From an uncultured bacterium (GTDB lineage: Bacteria; Auribacterota; JACPWU01), in assembly GCA_964640155.1 (NCBI GenBank), contig CAZXEQ010000001.1:336403-368402 (forward strand): 32,000 bases of DNA, in the 5' to 3' direction. Position numbers and translations under genes: made by a program. Under the pieces are notes generated by a model. It did not search any database, was not told where the DNA came from, and was given only the letters and a program-made list of their open reading frames with translations. Below, piece by piece: positions 27,788 through 32,000 of this stretch; positions within the stretch are counted from its first letter, which is position 1; every line of letters starts with the position of its first letter.

Positions 27788-29422
27788 TTACGAAGATGTT
27801 TGTACTGTGCTCGTTTGAGAAATCCTCTTTTTCAATGCTGCCCCAATAAATCCACGAAAGAGAGGATGGGCTTGATGAGGTTTAGATTGAAATTCAGGAT
27901 GGAATTGACATGCAATAAACCAAGGATGATTTTCTAATTCAACCAACTCAGCCAAAACACCATCGGGACTTAAGCCTGTCACTTTTAAACCTTTTTTCTC
28001 AAAAATATCCCGATATCCATTATTCAGTTCATAGCGATGTCGATGACGCTCAGAAACACGATGCCTTCCATAAATTTCATATACACGAGAGCCTGGTTTT
28101 AACTCACACGGTGAAGCACCTAAGCGCATGGTTCCCCCAAGATTTTTTACATGCTGCTGTTCCGATAAAAGACAAATCACCGGATGAGGCGTTTCAGGTT
28201 CAAATTCAGAACTATTGGCCTTGTCAAAACCACAAACATGACGTGCAAATTCAATAACGGCACATTGCATGCCCAAACAAATTCCAAAAAAGGGAACTTC
28301 ATGTTCACGCGCATAACGAATTCCAGAAATTTTTCCTTCAATGCCCCGATTGCCAAATCCTCCTGGCACTAAAATCCCATCCATTCCTTTCAGATAAAGG
28401 CCTGCCCCATCTTTTTCTATTTTCTCAGCATCTATTCTTATGATTTCAACTTTAGCTTTATGAGAAATACCCGCATGTATAATGGCCTCATAAATACTTT
28501 TATACGCATCTTGATGTTCAATATATTTTCCAACGACAGCAATCTTCACATGATGTTTTGGATGTTCCAAAGCTTGAATAACACCATCCCACAAAGAGGA
28601 AGAAGATTTTTTAGCAGGCAAAGCCAAACGCTCAATAATCAATTCTGGCAATCCTTCCTGAGCAAGAAACTTCGGTACTTTGTATACGGAATCCACATCT
28701 TTTGCTTGAATCACAGCCTTCGGATCTACGCTACAAAAGAAAGCAATTTTTCGCTTCACATCATCTGAAAGATCATGCTCTGTTCTGCATAATAAAATAT
28801 CTGGTTGAATACCAATTTGGCGCAAAGTTCCCACACTGTGCTGAGTCGGCTTGGTTTTCATCTCATCTGCAGCACGAATATAGGGAACATAAGTTAAATG
28901 CATGTAGAGAACATTCTCATATCCTGCATCTAAGCGAAATTGCCGAATAGCTTCCAAAAAGGGGAGGCCTTCAATGTCTCCGACGGTACCACCTACTTCT
29001 GCAATCACAACATCAATTTTAGGATCCAGTTCCTGAGGTTTTCGGATTCGACTTTTAATTTCATCAATGATGTGAGGAACCACTTGAACAGTTCGCCCCA
29101 AATATTCGCCTTTTCTTTCTTTCTTAATCACAGCATCATAAATTTGACCCGTGGTAGAATTGTTGGCCTTGCTCATGCTAGCTGAAGTGAAGCGTTCATA
29201 ATGACCTAAATCTAAATCTGTTTCAGCCCCATCATCTGTGACATAGACTTCGCCATGCTGATAAGGACTCATCGTCCCAGGATCCACATTAATGTAAGGA
29301 TCTAGCTTTTGTAATGTCACCTTCAATCCTGCATCTTCAAGAAGACGACCCACTGAAGCTGCTGCAATTCCTTTTCCTAAAGAAGAAACAACTCCCCCTG
29401 TTACAAAAATATATTTTGTCAT
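27788..29422 (-). CDS. pyrG: CTP synthase
   Basis: [20 protein letters not shown]-terminus and GATase domain GICLGMQ with HRHRYE(LN), 544 aa. Confidence 0.95.
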   Translation of the reverse strand: MTKYIFVTGGVVSSLGKGIAAASVGRLLEDAGLKVTLQKLDPYINVDPGTMSPYQHGEVYVTDDGAETDLDLGHYERFTSASMSKANNSTTGQIYDAVIKKERKGEYLGRTVQVVPHIIDEIKSRIRKPQELDPKIDVVIAEVGGTVGDIEGLPFLEAIRQFRLDAGYENVLYMHLTYVPYIRAADEMKTKPTQHSVGTLRQIGIQPDILLCRTEHDLSDDVKRKIAFFCSVDPKAVIQAKDVDSVYKVPKFLAQEGLPELIIERLALPAKKSSSSLWDGVIQALEHPKHHVKIAVVGKYIEHQDAYKSIYEAIIHAGISHKAKVEIIRIDAEKIEKDGAGLYLKGMDGILVPGGFGNRGIEGKISGIRYAREHEVPFFGICLGMQCAVIEFARHVCGFDKANSSEFEPETPHPVICLLSEQQHVKNLGGTMRLGASPCELKPGSRVYEIYGRHRVSERHRHRYELNNGYRDIFEKKGLKVTGLSPDGVLAELVELENHPWFIACQFHPEFQSKPHQAHPLFRGFIGAALKKRISQTSTVQTSS

Positions 29423-30168
29423 AAGAATTTTTTCACCTCTTCCAGATCTTGTGGCGTATCAACACCCATCGAATCCTCATCACTCAACATTACTTTAATC
29501 TTACCCTTTTTTTCAAGAACTCTCAATTGTTCTAAACATTCTGTAATTTCCAAAAAAGTGGGTTTGGTTCGAGTCATCTCTAAAAGGAACTCTCTTTTAT
29601 AACCATAAAAGCCCATATGCTTGTACCAAACCCTTGGGAAACGACCTTCTCTTGCATAAGGAATAGGTGCTCTTGAAAAATACAAAGCAAAACCATCCTC
29701 ATCGCAAACCACCTTTACAACATTCGGATCATCAAAACCTTCTCGAGACTCCATTTTACGAGCTAATGTACTCATGGACGAGTCTGATTCTAAAAGTCCT
29801 CGCACTAATTGATTAATCATATGAGGCGTGACCAAAGGTTCGTCGGCTTGAATATTAATCGCAACAGAACAATTTAAAGGTCGAATCACCTCGGCAATAC
29901 GATCACTTCCACTGGCATGATCTGATTTGGTTAAGCAGGCCTTGCCCCCAAAACCTTCCACAACTTTGACGATACGCTCATCATCACAAGCAACAATCAA
30001 ATCATCTAAAAGCTCGGCTTTTTCAGCACGTTCATAAACATGCTGAATCATGGGCTTACCCAAAAGATCCGCCAAAACTTTTCCTGGAAATCGTGTAGAG
30101 GCAAACCGGGCAGGAATGACACCGATGACGCGGGATTTATTTTCTTTTGTTTTAGCCCCTTGCGTCAT
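29419..30168 (-). CDS. kdsB: 3-deoxy-manno-octulosonate cytidylyltransferase (CMP-KDO synthetase)
   Basis: [47 protein letters not shown] are KdsB motifs. The stop overlaps the pyrG ATG as ATGA. Confidence 0.9.
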   Translation of the reverse strand: MTQGAKTKENKSRVIGVIPARFASTRFPGKVLADLLGKPMIQHVYERAEKAELLDDLIVACDDERIVKVVEGFGGKACLTKSDHASGSDRIAEVIRPLNCSVAINIQADEPLVTPHMINQLVRGLLESDSSMSTLARKMESREGFDDPNVVKVVCDEDGFALYFSRAPIPYAREGRFPRVWYKHMGFYGYKREFLLEMTRTKPTFLEITECLEQLRVLEKKGKIKVMLSDEDSMGVDTPQDLEEVKKFL

Positions 30169-30170
30169 TT

Positions 30171-30779
30171 TTAATCCTTACGTTTAATACCTATCTCCGC
30201 TTTAATCACTTCAAGCGCGCCACTGTCCTTCAAAATCCATTCTACTGCACCACTCAAATGATCTGCTACATAATCAGGAGAAGGCCACTCTTCATCCTCT
30301 TCATCTACATTGGCAGCTTCATCCTCTTCAGATAAGAGAAGAATGGTTTTGCATGTCGCATTTTTCCCCGTCAACACATCTGAAATCTTATCTCCCACAA
30401 TGTAAGATTTTTTCAAATCAACATCATATTTCTTCGCCAAATCTTTAATCATTTTAGGAGAAGGTTTTCGACAAGCGCATTTTTCTTCAGGACGATGTGG
30501 GCAATAGACCACGCCATCAAACTCAATATCTGAATGTGCAAACTCTTCACGCATTTTCTCATGAATGGCATCCAGTACTTCTTGTGAAACAATACCTCGT
30601 CCAATCCCTGACTGATTACTCACAACAAAAACTTTAAATCCCATTTCTTTTAACAAACCTACTGCTGGTTTTGCACCAGAAATCAGTTTGAAGTTTTCGA
30701 CCTTATTCAAATAACCCACATCTTCATTAATGGTTCCATCACGGTCCAAGAAAACTGCTTTAAACTTACCAGATGACAT
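30171..30779 (-). CDS. gmhB: D-glycero-D-manno-heptose 1,7-bisphosphate phosphatase (HAD, histidinol-phosphatase-like)
   Basis: AVFLDRDGTIN (HAD motif I), the Zn-finger insert YCPHRPEEKCACRKP, and VGDKISD. It has an acidic C-terminal tail (EEDEAANVDEEDEEW). Confidence 0.8.
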   Translation of the reverse strand: MSSGKFKAVFLDRDGTINEDVGYLNKVENFKLISGAKPAVGLLKEMGFKVFVVSNQSGIGRGIVSQEVLDAIHEKMREEFAHSDIEFDGVVYCPHRPEEKCACRKPSPKMIKDLAKKYDVDLKKSYIVGDKISDVLTGKNATCKTILLLSEEDEAANVDEEDEEWPSPDYVADHLSGAVEWILKDSGALEVIKAEIGIKRKD

Positions 30780-31770
30780 TTTCTAATTCCTCCCCCATTT
30801 CAACTTGACTGACCACCGCTGTTCCGAGTTTACCTACCACAATTCCTGCTGCAAGATTTGCTAATTGAGCCGCCTCTTTGAAATTTGCTCCACTTAAAAG
30901 AGATGTTACAAATGTTCCTATCACCGTATCTCCTGCACCCGAAACATCATAAACTTCACGTGCTCTTGTAGGAATACGATAAGGTTTCTGTCCTTTTTCA
31001 AAAAGACACATCCCTTTAGAGCCCAAAGTAATTAAAACAGCATTACACTCCCACTTGTTTAGCAAAATCGAACCTATCTTGTCTATCTCAGAATCTTTTT
31101 CTGCCCCCATAAGTTCAATACCTGCAAAATAAGCAGCTTCTTCTAAGTTAGGAGTTGCAAAATGAATTCCGCGATAATTTAACAAATGTCCCTTCTTCGG
31201 ATCAACGCCAATCAACAATCGATGACACTTTGAAAAATCAATAAGCCAAGAAAGAAATTCTTGTGTGAGAACTCCTTTTCCATAATCTTCAACTAATATC
31301 GCCTGAATTTTTTTTGAATTTTGCATCAACATACGTTTCATATTATCCACATCTCGGGAACTTGTAGGACGAATGACTTCCCTATCAATACGAACCACCT
31401 GCTGCTGATGTGCCACCACGCGTGTTTTTAAAGTGGTATGTCGCGCTTGATCTTTTCCAATTCCAGAAATATTTATTCCACGCTCAGTCATTTGATCCAA
31501 TAAAAGCTTACCCTCTTGATCTTTTCCAACCACTCCAGCGACAAAAACCTTTCCGCCCAAAGCCACAATGTTATTGGCAACGTTAGCCGCTCCACCAGGG
31601 ACATAAGAATCTCTTTCAACTTCTACCACAGGAACAGGGGCTTCTGGAGAAATACGTCTGACCTTTCCCCAAATAAAACAATCCAAAATTAAATCTCCGA
31701 TGACACAAACTTTTGTTTTATCAAATCCTGATAATATTTTTTTAAATCGTGATTTCATCGACTTTTTCAC
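30766..31770 (-). CDS. hldA: D-glycero-beta-D-manno-heptose-7-phosphate kinase (RfaE domain I, PfkB family), stand-alone
   Basis: VCVIGDLILDCFIWGKVRRISPEAPVPVV (RfaE-I N-terminal signature) and DVSGAGDTV (PfkB motif). At 334 aa it has no fused adenylyltransferase domain. Confidence 0.8.
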   Translation of the reverse strand: MKKSMKSRFKKILSGFDKTKVCVIGDLILDCFIWGKVRRISPEAPVPVVEVERDSYVPGGAANVANNIVALGGKVFVAGVVGKDQEGKLLLDQMTERGINISGIGKDQARHTTLKTRVVAHQQQVVRIDREVIRPTSSRDVDNMKRMLMQNSKKIQAILVEDYGKGVLTQEFLSWLIDFSKCHRLLIGVDPKKGHLLNYRGIHFATPNLEEAAYFAGIELMGAEKDSEIDKIGSILLNKWECNAVLITLGSKGMCLFEKGQKPYRIPTRAREVYDVSGAGDTVIGTFVTSLLSGANFKEAAQLANLAAGIVVGKLGTAVVSQVEMGEELENVIW

Positions 31771-31810
31771 TTTCTTTAACTTAAATATTCCGAAAAACTC
31801 TTATGTTTAG

Positions 31811-31948
31811 AAACCTCTCAAAAAGGTCTCAGACATGTTTTTATAGTCCCCTTAAGGGGATGCAAGGCGCCTGCAAGCGACTGCGGGGAGGCGTACAATG
31901 TACGCCCCGCACAAAGAAGCTCAGCAGATGGGCCTTTTTCAGAGGTTT
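31811..31948. other. GC-rich nested inverted-repeat element (candidate structured RNA or REP-like element), class unknown
   Basis: Outer arms aaacctctcaaaaaggtc (31811-31828) and ggcctttttcagaggttt (31931-31948) give 8 + 7 bp around one C/C mismatch. Inside are the perfect palindrome tccccttaagggga (31847-31860), the palindrome aggcgcct (31865-31872) and the hairpin gcggggaggcgtacaatgtacgccccgc (31883-31910). It is much more GC-rich than its AT-rich surroundings. Confidence 0.35.
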
Positions 31949-32000
31949 AAGTTACATTCTTCTTTTTTATAATTTCGGCTTTCACTAAAGTAGCTGTCAC

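Noticed and set aside
31811-31948. Assignment of the palindromic element to SRP RNA, 6S RNA, tmRNA, RNase P or a riboswitch
   Set aside because: I could not find diagnostic motifs, for example no GNRA-capped helix-8-like hairpin with an AGCA/GGAA context for SRP. I left it as an unclassified candidate.
31803-31988. 61-aa + strand ORF at the right edge
   Set aside because: It is made almost entirely of the GC-rich nested palindromes, has no RBS, and has an odd Arg/Gly/Cys-rich composition. It is more likely a by-product of a structured element.
31947-32000. Possible 3-prime end of another minus-strand gene (...VTATLVKAEIIKKKNVT-TAA)
   Set aside because: Only 17 codons are visible, which is too little to support a CDS call.

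Overview
AT-rich bacterial window from a diderm (LPS-making) organism. I cannot place it taxonomically from sequence alone. The region 12.2-31.8 kb is dense, ordinary housekeeping: a ComF-type phosphoribosyltransferase (-), lptF-lptG (+), then an 18-gene co-directional minus-strand array (hldA, gmhB, kdsB, pyrG, kdsA, kdsD, kdsC, lptC, lptA, lptB, a polytopic membrane protein, hpf, hprK, ptsH, ptsI, a sugar-phosphate nucleotidyltransferase, metK, ahcY) with several 4-nt ATGA stop/start overlaps. The left 12 kb (1-12049) looks empty in the supplied ORF track, which lists nothing longer than 111 aa there. A triplet-by-triplet hand scan of the minus strand shows one frame open from ATG 12049 to the left window edge, interrupted by a single TGA (5863-5861), giving about 4015 sense codons with the C-terminus outside the window. 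It encodes a giant multidomain protein, or two abutting giant ORFs. In order it contains a signal anchor, a coiled-coil-rich region, a second TM helix, a caspase-like His/Cys module, and a Hanks-type kinase domain with a truncated activation segment. These are followed by three super-repeats (about 548 aa, about 930 aa, and a partial third). Each combines an unrecognised domain carrying invariant NAFH / HE(L/I)xEI / HILAWA motifs with degenerate kinase-like (DFDP) modules. The lone TGA lies in a roughly 120-nt stretch where the paralogous repeat motif is encoded one nucleotide out of frame, which suggests two compensating indels. Smaller oddities are hairpins built from tandem heptamers (two intergenic, and a similar array translated inside the giant ORF), a GC-rich nested palindrome at the right edge, and a membrane protein where rpoN usually sits between lptB and hpf. 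I saw no rRNA, tRNA, CRISPR array or transposase. All domain calls rest on motif recognition by eye, with no database search.
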